Made by a program: the position numbers and the translations under genes. A stretch of 64,000 bases of DNA from Haliotis rufescens (taxonomy: Eukaryota): positions 5,828,001 to 5,892,000 of the forward strand of contig NW_025963891.1 of NCBI RefSeq assembly GCF_023055435.1, written 5' to 3'. Under the pieces are notes generated by a model. It saw nothing but the letters and a program-made list of their open reading frames with translations. It had not been told where the DNA came from and searched no databases. Positions 9,998 through 21,731 of this stretch are shown one piece after another. How positions within the stretch are numbered: position 1 is the first letter of the stretch; every line of letters begins with the position of its first letter.

Positions 9998-12900
9998 ATG
10001 TTGCTAAGTCTCGTCACCCTGGCAACTGCCGTCGGGATCGTTTCCCCGCAGGAGGTCCCAGTCACTGCACCGCACTTCCGGGTACCCGTCGACCCGGAGG
10101 TGTACATGGATGCTGTAAGTAAAAAAAAACAACCTTTGTCCCAAAAGCTCAATCAGTGAAAAAAACATATATTTCATGGACATTCTATTGCAGTAAGGGA
10201 GGAAGGAGGAGGAGAGGGACGAGTGACTCAGTTGTTTGAGGCACCGCGCTCGTTGTGCAGAGTTATGTCCCTTAGGTACACTATAAAGTTATTATTGTGG
10301 GTTTGAATCACAGATTTGCCTCGACTTTGTTTCACCGCGCCTGTGGATGACCAAAATTGTAGACCTGCATCATTTCGGACTTTCCTCACTCATGAAGCTG
10401 ACACGTCGCGACACAACGCAAATTCTGTTCATATCGTAACACCAGCCAACTCACTGTATTACAGTAAGACGAGATACTGTACAGTACATGATGCCGTGTG
10501 GTTCTCGTCTGACGGGCTTTCCAGCACTTAAAGGGGAGTCCCTATGCATGCTGAACACCACCATCTACCCGAGGCGAGGGTCTTAACTGACTATACTGGA
10601 CTTTCCTAGCCAGTTAACAGCCTTGCCTCGGGAACATGGAACACTATACATAATGTGAACGTTGTGTACATGACTATTATATTGAAGCACAATTGAAACA
10701 AGAGGGGATGGGGGTTGGGAACAATTCGTCAGATGATACAATATACTTTTTTATGTCTAATGGAAGCATATTTGTTACGTATACTTACTTACACCCTCTC
10801 GGGGACCTTCTTTGTGTCTGTGACTGTTCGACTCCCTCGTTGTCCCCAGACGCAGCTGATCACCAGCAAGGGCTTCCCGTGTGAGAACCACTACGTCACT
10901 ACAGAAGACGGATTCATCCTCAACATGCAGCGGATCCCTCACGGCAGGGGAGACAACTCGTCGGGGACAGGTAACAGATGCGTCTTCATGTGCATTATAA
11001 AAACAACAATACCACGGTGAATTTCGTCATTCCTTACGTAACAGGTAGATGTCTATAATTCATGCTAGGGAATAAGTTGTTATCCTAAATTTATCGTGTG
11101 CAAAGGAACATGACCCCAGAACATCACCAGTACGTGACCAGGTGAATTGTCTCAACTTACTCAGGTCTGTTACTTTATTGTTTAAAGCCAAGCGCGCGGT
11201 GATGCTGCAACATGGCCTTCTGGGTAGCTCACCTAACTTTCTGGTGAACCTCGCCAACGAGAGCCTCGCTTTCATCCTGGCCGACGCTGGTGCAGACGTG
11301 TGGCTGGGCAACGTGCGCGGGAACACTTACTCACGTGCCCACAAGACGCTGAAACCATCGGACAGGGAGTTCTGGGAATGGAGGTATATATACAGACGTA
11401 GAAATATAGATAAAGTTAATGATCAAAGTCCACGCGATCCACACAAGTAAGCTTACAAACATACAATACTAATCTCCGCAGTTACGACGAGATGGCGAAG
11501 TACGACCTGCCCGCCATGATTGACTACATCGTACAGACGACCGGGCAGCCCCAGGTCCACTATGTCGGACACTCTCAGGGGACACTCATCGGCTTCGCGG
11601 GCTTCAGTCAGAACAAGACTCTGGGTCAGCTGGTCAAGACCTTCATCGCCCTGGCCCCAGTGGCGACCGTCGGACACATCAAGAGTCCTCTCAGACTTCT
11701 GGCGCCGTTCTCGAAGGAACTTAAGGCAAGCTTTACCCCAATGTGTTGGAAATACGAGTTGGTATTTCTGTGGAGGAAAAATATTTGTTCCCGAAAATGC
11801 TGGAAAAAATGTGTCCACAGGTTTTACAAAAATCATAAATAATCCTTTCACAAGAAATGCACAATATGCTGTGGGTCAACACGGAATTGTGTGGCATATT
11901 TGTGGCTTGTGTGTATATTTTATATTGTGTGTCTGACTGAAAAAGATATTCTGCCTAAAACGAAATCCCCGCCAAGACGTGATCGATGTTTTATGTATTC
12001 CTGGTTTTGTTTCAGGAAGCCTTTGCTTTGTTAGGCCACGGCGAGTTGCTGCCGAGTACTAATCTGACCAAATGGCTGGCGAGAACCATGTGTAAAGTTG
12101 CTCCTGTCCTCTGCGAGAATCTGTATTTTGTCCTGAATGGCTTCGACTACCGGTCATTCAATTCTGTAGGTCTTTGTCTCCCTGGCTGTATACTGATTCT
12201 AGGTGTCAAGGGTTACGCCATCCTCGGTATTCCTAGGTGTAATATCTCCATTCTATTGTGATAAATACAAATGACCCATTTGCCAGTAAAAAATCTTCGT
12301 CTCGGAAGTGACGTCACCATCGTCATCTCCCAGATCACAACTTTTTGCAAGGAATCTCTCTTGGCAATGAGCTTAAATTAACTACCAATCAAATAGACTG
12401 GTTCCCGTTCGTTCCTGCGACAGACTGCGGAACAAGTGCAGCGACACCAAGCGGAGGATCCGGGAACCAGTCTACCAATCAAACGGACTCAATGAACGAG
12501 AATTTGACATTGGTAACATTTGTGTCCTAGATGATAGATTAGGGTAAATTGGGACTTAAAGTACACTCGGGGGTATATATCATGTAAATAATATCCCTGT
12601 ATCGTGTTTACAGTCTCGAGTTCCCGTGTATATGGCACACACACCCTCCGGAACCTCCACACAGAACATGTTGCACTTCGGACAGGTGAGCCATGAAGAC
12701 GTGGACAGTTTAGACATGAAACCATGGTCAGTTGAGACATGAAGAGTGGGGTCGGGTAGCCTAGTGGTTAAAGCGTTCGCTCGTCACGCCGAAGACTCGG
12801 GTTCAATTCCCGACGTTGGTACAATGTGTGAAGACCATTTCTGGTGTCCCCCGCCATGATATAGGTGGAAAATTGCTAAAAGCGGCGTAAAACCATACTC

Positions 12901-14830
12901 ACTCACCCACTGAGGTATGAAGACGTGGTCAGGTGAGACATGAAGACGTTGTCAGTTGGGACATAAAGACATGGTCAGGTGAGACATGAAGACATGGACA
13001 AATGAGACATGATGAGATGGTCAGGTGAGACATGAAGACAAGGTGAGTTGAGACATTGACATGAAGACATGGGCCGATGAGACACTCACCTTTACGCCAA
13101 TGTATAGACATGGACAGATGAGACACTGGTCCACACCCATATATTGATTGACAGCTGAGACACTGGTCCTTTCATCGTATATAGACAGGTGAGACACTAA
13201 AACTGCAATGGTGCTTCAACAATCTCTCACTTTTCTTCCCAGGGCGTCAACTCCGACAAGTTCCTGATGTTTGACTTCGGGTCCGCGGCTGCCAATACGG
13301 CGCACTATGGACAGGTGAGTGCAGCCAATCAGGACGACTCCGTCCTCAACCCCGCACCACACACGCGCCATCTTGCGGCTGTCGACACGTGTCTGTATAC
13401 ACCACGTGTCAAATCTCATGCATAGGCGGATCTACGGGGGGGGGGGGGGGGGGGGGGCCGTCCCCCTCTCTCCTTTTGAAAAACAAATGTAGTATGTTGT
13501 GGGTAGTAACATTATTAAAGAGGAGTTTGATATTTTGGACCCCTTCCTTTTGAAAATGCTGGATCCGCCCCTTTCAATGCTTTTTTTTCTTAATTCAAAA
13601 TCCAGTTGAAACGTTTAACGTGCGGTAGATCACTTTGTGTTCTGTAGCCAAGTTCTACACACTTGCAACCGCTCCCAGTACCTGTGACTAGAGGTATGAA
13701 CCAGTGTAAGCCATATATGTAAGTGGCATTCACAAGTTGTAGTATCGATGAAAACAGGATTGACTGGTGCCTTTATCAAACAAGTGTTCAACCACTGGGT
13801 AGAAGACAAGATTACAAACACATGGGGGAAGAGTAGGCGCGTAACATAAACCTGTAACAATACGGTAATTAAAAGTCAGCCATTATGTTTCATATGTAAT
13901 TTACATCTGTTGAAGACTGTTCCACATTGTTATGATTTGTCAAGTTTATTAAAATCTTAGAGAACAGTGTCTTCCTGGGAAGTATATCGCACAATGTTCT
14001 CTTCAGTCCTTTGTAAATATTATGTCTTCACAAAAGAAGTCATATTGAAAAGTTATCTTTATTTGTCCATAAATCTCAAAATGTGAAGCATACTTAAATG
14101 TGTCATAAAATACAACGTGCTTTCCTCTTTGAAAGCAATCGGTATATAAGGATTAGCAATATCCTATATATGTACCAACCTCATCTTTCACTGTTGTTAT
14201 ATTATTCTTGTATATGGCCAACTGGCCTCACGTACAGAAATAAAGAATTGAATACGGTTGTGATGAAGTGCACGTGGTTTGATGCCAATGTGTTACTACT
14301 ATTATTATTTACTATAGTAAATTACAAATACGATGTGATTCTAGTTGATGAGGTGACTGGTAGGCTGATAGGATGAAATAACCTCAATCCATGTCAAGTT
14401 TCATCAGGGGCCCGTTATATCAGAGGCAGTGGGTTGGCCTAGTGGTTAAAGTGTTCGCTTGTCACACCGATGGCTCGGGTTCGATTCCCCATATTTGTGG
14501 TGTCCCCCACCGCGATATTGCTTGAATTGCCACGCCGCCTACAGACATTATCATATGACACTGATTCAGTCAAATACACTACAGAAATGACCTCTCTTCC
14601 AGGCCACACCGCCTGCCTACCGCCCGGATGAGATGGACGTGCCCGTGGTGTTGTTTAGCGGAGGAAATGACTTCCTGGCAGACCCGGATGATGTCACGTG
14701 GATCCGGTCTCAGCTGAAGCACATTGTGGGAGATCACGTGATCCCTCACTGGGAACATTTGGACTTCACTTTGGCTATGGACGCCCCGGTTCTCTGTTAC
14801 GATAAAATTAAACGGATTATTTTTGGTTGA
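9998..14830 (+). CDS. Acid lipase type A copy 1 (lysosomal acid lipase / gastric triacylglycerol lipase family), 399 aa
   Basis: Exons 9998-10114, 10850-10970, 11188-11383, 11482-11725, 12016-12165, 12614-12685, 13243-13314, 14603-14830 sum to 1200 nt in one frame. Signal peptide [13 protein letters not shown]; motifs [40 protein letters not shown] (Ser), GGNDFLAD (Asp), WEHLDF (His). All introns GT-AG except intron 4 (GC-AG). Confidence 0.93.
12680..13197 (+). repeat. 23-bp degenerate splice-donor minisatellite in intron 6 of lipase A1 (also 24348-24728 and 41989-42292)
   Basis: Unit GG(A/T)CAG|GTGAGACATGAAGAC(A/G)T; begins at the exon-6 junction GGACAG|GTGAGCCATGAAGAC. Confidence 0.88.
12746..12910 (+). 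mobile_element. tRNA-derived SINE (family 1) in intron 6 of lipase A1
   Basis: Reverse complement of the 4221 copy; imperfect TSD TGAGACATGAAGA/TGAGGTATGAAGA; empty site in A2 (about 24447) and A3 (about 42065). Confidence 0.88.
13423..13572. mobile_element. Small G-rich MITE-like element in intron 7 of type A genes (also about 24958-25122 and 42527-42690)
   Basis: GGCGGATC(C/T)A...TGGATCCGCC inverted termini around G and C tracts. Confidence 0.55.
14425..14540 (+). mobile_element. Degenerate family-1 SINE in intron 7 of type A genes (paralogous copies about 25976-26090 and 43527-43640)
   Basis: GGCCTAGTGGTTAAAG...GGGTTCGATTCCCC...GGTGTCCCCC..CGATATTGCT similarity to family 1. Confidence 0.75.
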
Positions 14831-17800
14831 TCAAACCACATCTTAGACCCAAAGAAAAAGAAAAGTCATTGCGAGTGTTGTTTTATAATTAACTCACAGC
14901 CCCGAAGGACTAATAATTATCTGTGGTCAATAAGACAATTAATAAGATAATTAACAATTGTTTGAAAGACGACTGTTAATTGGGATAAAAGATCTCCGAG
15001 CTGTTTGTTTTTAACCGTGGCAATGAGTGTAGGTTCATGACTTAACAAGTGGTCTGGATCAGATAATTTTTTATGAGTAAGTTTAGAACACGTTTTGATA
15101 TAAAATGATCCGATTGTCAAAAGGTACTCCGGCAATACTGCTTGCTAATAAAACAATTTTGTTAAGACGTGATTTGTTATGAGGCTACAGCTCTATCCCA
15201 GCACGAAACGTAAAATGTTAAAACACTTTCAACAAACCATAATTATTATTTTGACGTCAAAGAAGACAATTAACAAATGAAACACTTCACTTTGCACAAG
15301 CCATCAATTTGACCAGTAATGTCCTCACATTGGAATCCCTCAGTATCTATACTTGAATATACTCAAGCCCACGCCCGTTGTTTTTTTAGTTAAAGAATTT
15401 TTTTTTTTCCACTTATAACCTTTGTTATAGTGCAAACCATTTCGATATCTGCGGGTTCCGAGTCGTCCCATACAAATCAGACTCCCGGTTTCAAGGATTT
15501 TTCTTTTAATTTGTGGCCCTTTAACCATTACTATAGACAATAGCTTTCACAAAGTTTCCAATACCCTACAATTTCCTGCTTATAGCTTCATTTATTCCTT
15601 TTTGAGTATGTAAGCACTGAAATTATTTGTACTCTTTGTGAAAACTGATAAAATCGATGTAGTAGCAGCGATTGTAGAAGTATAATAAGTTAGGGAGCCT
15701 CGTGCTTACCAAGTTTATTCAGTGGAGATTGTATATACAGTCTATATCCTACTTCTTCGTTTTGCCAACGTGATTTTGTGCTGAATTATGATACCGGCGA
15801 AAATTATGTATATTCGTGCGATCAACCGTAAATGGTCTCTGGCACACAAAATAGGATTCGTTCAAATATCTTCGAGACAATTTCACATGATTGAATTTTT
15901 CATTACATTCCAGTTTAGACTTATGAAGTTGGTTAGGTTTTGCATACACATTCTACTTTTTAGCGCAGATCACACTTCACATCTGCTAGCCTTGTCGAGT
16001 CTAGGCTCACAATATAAGACTCCCAATTTCAAAGATCTTACTGTTATCATGAAAATATTACTTTCATATGCAAACGACAACGCTTTACGCACATTATGTT
16101 TTTGTCCCTACGTCATCAGTCTACTTTACTTCAACAATGTTTATTGTCTGTTTCAATGTGATACCTGTGATCTAGCAGTCTGGTATTCCGACTGCAAGGG
16201 CGACCGCGAGCAGGATGTGCCGCTCGGTGGAAACTCGTCCAATGTTCTTTGTGTATGAGCCGGAATCTCCGCTCACCTGTATTTTGTGTGTACGAGCCGG
16301 CACCTCCGCTCAACTTGTTAATGTTATGTATAGTTGTTTCACGGATATTGACAATGTTGTTATTCACTTATTTACTTTTACACGCCTGTATATCTTATCT
16401 AATGTCATTTCATTCATCTCAGTCAAGTGTACTGCATGAAGCAACCACTTGTCAACCTGTCGATGTCATTTGCATTGATCTGTACTTGTACTTGTACTCC
16501 ATATTGTCATTATTTTTAAAAAGCTTTTGAGGACAAAAGCTCCACGACGTTCAGGGGTATTGTTATAGTGCAAACCATTTCAATACTTTTACTTAAATAG
16601 TGCAAACCGTTTCAATACTTTTATTTTACATTTCATTTATCTTAATACCTAACTGGTTCAATATGTTTCCAAGTGCACCGAAATTCTATGCCCTTTGTCT
16701 GTTTAATATATTCAGCAAACATTCGGCGTTCCCCTCTTATATCATAAGCCCCTCCGGGCAGGACCCTTAATCTCCAGCGCTATTTTTAAATTTTAATTAA
16801 CATCTCCTAACGTCGCCGGATCTTACGTATATACATACACGTGGGACAATGACCTTGCCACACGTTACGTAATACCTCGCTCTACAAAACCCGACTGACA
16901 TGGTCAGTCAGGGAGACAGCCTGGAGACAGCCTGGAGACAGCCAGAAGATCGACTCGTGTAAGTGACAGAACGGTTCTCCCACCCGGGATGATTGGCCAC
17001 TCGGTCCCGGTGTGCGTTCTGTCACGTTCTTATCAACATGTACCCTTTCGACTCATTTCAACCATCAACAATAAATATGGCTGCTGTCGTCCAAACTTCA
17101 CCCCTGAGTTTTGTCTTCCGTCATCACCCTGAGCTACCATTCGAGGGTCAAAATCCACGCCCTTGGACAGATGGGAACGAAGAAGATGACAGACAGCACC
17201 CCAACCAACCCGATCGTCAGCAACAGACAGCACCCCAGCCTACCCCATTGTCAGCAACAGACAGCAGCCCAGCCTACCCCATCGTCAGCAACAAACAGCA
17301 GCCCAGCCTACCCGAACGTCAGCAACACCGAAATTCAGACAATATTCATGTAATCAAGTGAGTACGCCAACATTCAGCCATGCTACCAACACTCAAGATC
17401 AAGTCGACCAACGTCAAGATTCTTCAGCAAGTGCCTACCGATATATGTGTGTGTGTGACAATATATTTGAACTTTCGTTCCAACTCTCAACGTGTACTGT
17501 GCTTATACGTATTTTCACGGACATTCTTGTTCCTATAAGGTATGTTATGTAATCAAGTCATTATTGTTTCGTTGTCTTAACATTTTGTCATTTTTTTCTA
17601 TAATGAGTATGTATTGCAATCTATGTATTGTTATCAGAGGTACAATCCTTATCAGATTAAGTTTTTGAAATCGGCTAGGCTCCTACTCTATTCATGTCCT
17701 ACACCCTATGCTTGTACGCATTTAGTGCAGATCCACGATATCTGCGGGTTCCGAGTCGTCCCATACAAATCAGACTCCCGGTTTCAAGGATTTTTCTTTT

Positions 17801-18089
17801 AATTTGTGGCCCTTTAACCATTACTATAGACAATAGCTTTCACAAAGTTATCCAATACCCTACAATTTCCTGCTTATAGCTTCATTTATTCCTTTTTTGC
17901 CGCTCGGTGGAAACTCGTCCAATGTTCTTTGTGTATGAGCCGGAATCTCCGCTCACCTGTATTTTGTGTGTACGAGTCGGCACCTCCGCTCAACTTGTTA
18001 ATGTTATGTATAGCTGTTTCACCGATATTGACATTGTTGTTATTCACTTATTTACTTTTACAAGCATGCATTTCGCCTGAAAACCTCTC

Positions 18090-19127
18090 TTATTTTGCAA
18101 GAAAAAACGAATATTCGAAGAAATTGTTTCAAATGTTCTTTATAAAAGACCAGATATCCAATCCCGTATCCCAGCCGCTCTACGGTACAGAGTTTGGAAA
18201 AACGCCACTTTTGATTGTTTTGATGAGATTTTACCATGCCACGCCTAAGTGAAAGTGACAGATGGCGAGCCAATTCCGCGCAAACAGGAACACCATATGA
18301 CGATGTTATCAATTAAACCTCGTCAGAGACCCGTCAGCCAGACGCCCAGACATGGATTCGAACCATGATCATCAACACAGGTTTCAGAAGTAAACTCTCG
18401 CATCCCGTACCATTCGCAACAGAGGCGAATCTGTGGAGACAGTCCGGCGACGTCTACATATCTGTTATGTTCATTGCTTAACAAGTGGTATGAATCAGAT
18501 AATTTTTATAAGTGACTTTAGAACCCCTTTTTTTCCATATAAAATGATGCGATTGTCAGAAGGTAATATTACTTGCTAATAAAACAATTTTGTTAAGACG
18601 TGATTTGTCATGAAATTACAGCTCAATACCAACACAAAAGGGAAAACGTAAAAACACTTCAACAAACCATAATATGACGATGTTATCAACAGAACACCCT
18701 CGTCTGAGACCCGTCAACCAGACGCCAAGACATGGATTCGAACCATTCACCATCAACACAGGTTCCAGAAGTCAACTGTGGCAGCCCTAACCATGCCTGG
18801 CAACAGGGGGGTATCTGTGGAGACAGTCCGGCGACGTCTACGTATCTGTGGAGACAGTCGTTGCAGGAACTCCGACATATCCTGCCAAAGGATACGTGAT
18901 GTCATTCCCCAGGCCTTTCGTCAACGTTTTGTGGCCTCAATGGGGCGAGGGTGTCAGGCCTGCATCAATGCACAAGGTAGACACACTCGCTACTGACTGA
19001 CTGTGCCTCCGAACCCTGTCATATTTGCATATGGCAACAGCGCTCTTCACATGGAATGTTGCTGGTTACCACACTACACACATTGCTCTGTCCATGCTAT
19101 TAAATTCCATCCACGAAATTAAATTAC
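18090..19127 (+). mobile_element. Tc1-type transposon relic, internally deleted and rearranged
   Basis: MPRLSESDRWRA (N terminus), VSVETVRRRLR, and IPQAF..FVASMGRGCQACINAQGRHTRY* (typical Tc1 C terminus). Confidence 0.7.
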
Positions 19128-19956
19128 AAAACAGATTTGTAGCGAGGCATCATCACTGCCTGAAACTTGGTTTCCCACAATATTTAACCAACACAGCCGT
19201 ATCGAAAAAGACTGGTTTCAATCCACTTCCTGTATTACATCTTACACCATTGTTTTGAATGATTACCTCCCTTGCATATTGAATTTGATAGTCTTTCCAG
19301 AGTTAATTAGCACAGTAGCCTATTAATGCCCAAGCTTGGTCAAGCCGCATTTTGGGCCCCCCATCTCTAATTGTGAATAGAAACACTCCACCTTAACATT
19401 CCATAATTCTGAAATTGTGTTTTTCTAAATTGTTTCATACATTGCAATCAACAGACTTCCTTGGTTTAACGTTAGAGTTTAATTCAAGGTCTTTTGTACA
19501 CCCTGATAAATGAAACTTTAAAATCAAGCTCTTGCAAATAAATTGATTTTTAGAAACCTGTTTCATACATCCTTCACTGGATGTGAATTAACACTGCAGG
19601 GTTCCAGATTATTGGTTAGCCATTGAGTATCTATAGTTTCTTCAATATATTTTCACTCCCTTGGGTATTTTTAAACTAATGAACTACTCTTTTTATAACA
19701 AATCTGCCAAAAACTGTTTCAGGGGCCTTGCAGTTAGCATATGTCCATGTGATGCCCCAAGGGTGTCCTGAATCAACATTAGCTCACGTGTCTAGCTACA
19801 GAAGGAGACATAGCACTTTTTCTCCTATTTATTAAATGCATTCAATCAGTAAAGGCATGCAGGTACCCAAGCTGAAAAGGCTTCAATAGTTAATTATACA
19901 GTACTGTTACATAAAGTAATAGTACGCAGTTTTTCACATTAGTAACTTATAATTAA

Positions 19957-20773
19957 TAGTGATGGGTATTGCCCCTTGAACCTGTATTCCAATATATTGC
20001 GATACAAAGTCGTGTATTGCGATACATACCACAATATATTGCTAAAACCAAATGTTTTCAAACTTCTGAGAAAAAAATGAAGAAATTCTTCTGTTTTAAG
20101 ACTTGGTTTATTATATTTGGGTAAAAACAAACCTTTTTGACTAGAAAAAAGACACATTATCATGATGGAGTTTTCCAAGAGGAAAAAACTAATGGAAGAC
20201 TTCAAGTGTTATTATTTAACACCAAATCATCTCAAAAGTCAAAATGATATGTTTCTGTGTGACTAGTCAAATGCAAACTGTGTAATAATTGTCTGTGTGT
20301 CAATCGACAAACAGCAACATTTTCTTCGATTGTTTGATCGATATCACGCTTTTTCAACCCGAAATGCTGCCACACATCGGATTTACCGCGAGTATTTCTA
20401 ACGACTTCCCAGTCACGATCCGCCATTTTGTTACCACGGATACGGCGAGATCTCGTAGCATATTGCATTGTTATCAAGCTCCTCACAGCGATAGCCCGTT
20501 CGCGGAGCTCTCTATGTTACCGAGAGTGTAACGAAGGTGTCACGCGCTGGGAAGGAGCTTGCATTGTTATATAGGAAGGGATGTAACTCTAACCGAACGT
20601 GACATCAGCTTTATCGATAGCCTTTGAAACAACGAATTAAAACACAAAATTCAAATAGGTAATGCTTTTTTTAAATGGCAATTTATTGCGATATTGAAAC
20701 TGTATCGCAATACATATTGGACACGAAGCCACATCGTGGTTAACCAGTATACCGTTTATACCGTGCACCTCTA
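19957..20773 (-). mobile_element. Non-autonomous hAT element with BED-finger relic, in the H2A.Z-fragment intron
   Basis: Termini TAGTGATG...CACCTCTA; 8-bp TSD ATAATTAA at 19949-19956 and 20774-20781; ORF relic GKSDVWQHFG...AVCRL. Confidence 0.82.
20475..20561. mobile_element. 87-bp MITE with 9-bp TSD nested in the hAT element
   Basis: Termini CAAGCTCCT...AGGAGCTTG; TSD CATTGTTAT at 20466-20474 and 20562-20570; empty site at about 38515. Confidence 0.85.
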
Positions 20774-20861
20774 ATAATTAAAGGCGTCATGGTGACTTAT
20801 TGTATTTATGGAAATATGTAACCTAACTAGAGCTGACAATGACATCAAATAAAGTACTTAC

Positions 20862-20986
20862 CACCACCAGCAATGGTTGCTTTGATTAATGAATCCAATT
20901 CTTCGTCTCCTCTTATCTGCAAATGGCGAGGTGTGATACGTTTTTACTTTCAAATCCTTACTGGCATTGCCAGCCAACTCAAGTAC
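20862..20986 (-). pseudogene. H2AZ: Histone H2A.Z orphan exon, degraded
   Basis: Paralog of exon 38816-38945 with a +1 insertion in the KVKR codons and a 6-nt loss in LQLAIR (125 nt); splice sites kept; last exon absent. Confidence 0.88.
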
Positions 20987-21731
20987 CTGAAAGAAACAGA
21001 AAAACATTGTCAACTCTGAATAAACCTGATAATGGGTAACACTAATCCAAGTTGGTCCTACATTTTAATAAGGAGGTCACAATTCTGCTCAAAAAGTGAC
21101 TAATAATAATAATCTAAAGTTTGGTGACAAATTATTTCCTGATAATTTCCTGACAATTACTGATCTTGTGATGACAAGCATGTTTCCAAATAAAACTGCA
21201 CTCAGGGAGCTGTGTGTTTCACCTGTTAAAGTTTAATACAGTCCAACACAGGATAACATAAGGACAACAAAAATTGGAGGAAAAAAGATAACTATGTGAT
21301 TCCATTTTTTTTGACAGATTGTCATTAAAATGCGGTATGGATCTGTCAAATTTGGAAAGTAGTCTAGGCACTGCAACAAATACACTATAAGGCAAATATG
21401 ATCTATTATATTGTCAGATATTGTCATATGTTTCTTTACAGTCGCCCTTAGCAGAAATTTTTTTATTTTGATAGAGCAATGTGTTTGAGAGTAAATCAGT
21501 AAACAAAAAAAATGATTTAATTCGCATTCCTATAGTATTTTGATTACCTGTTGACGACCTAGTTCCGCATGGAACTCTGGATAGGAGAGTGGTTGTGAGC
21601 GGCACAGATAGGCGTGAGAAGGAACAACACAACAACCTTCTGCTTTTTGTGGGACAGCGGCCTGTAGACTGATATCAGGCGACACGTGTTGCCACAACTT
21701 GGACTTTACCGGACTCGGGAGGACATCCATC

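Noticed and set aside
11060-11936. Antisense and alternate-frame ORFs over lipase exons 3-4, recurring in each copy
   Set aside because: Shadows of GC-rich coding exons, conserved only because the exons are.
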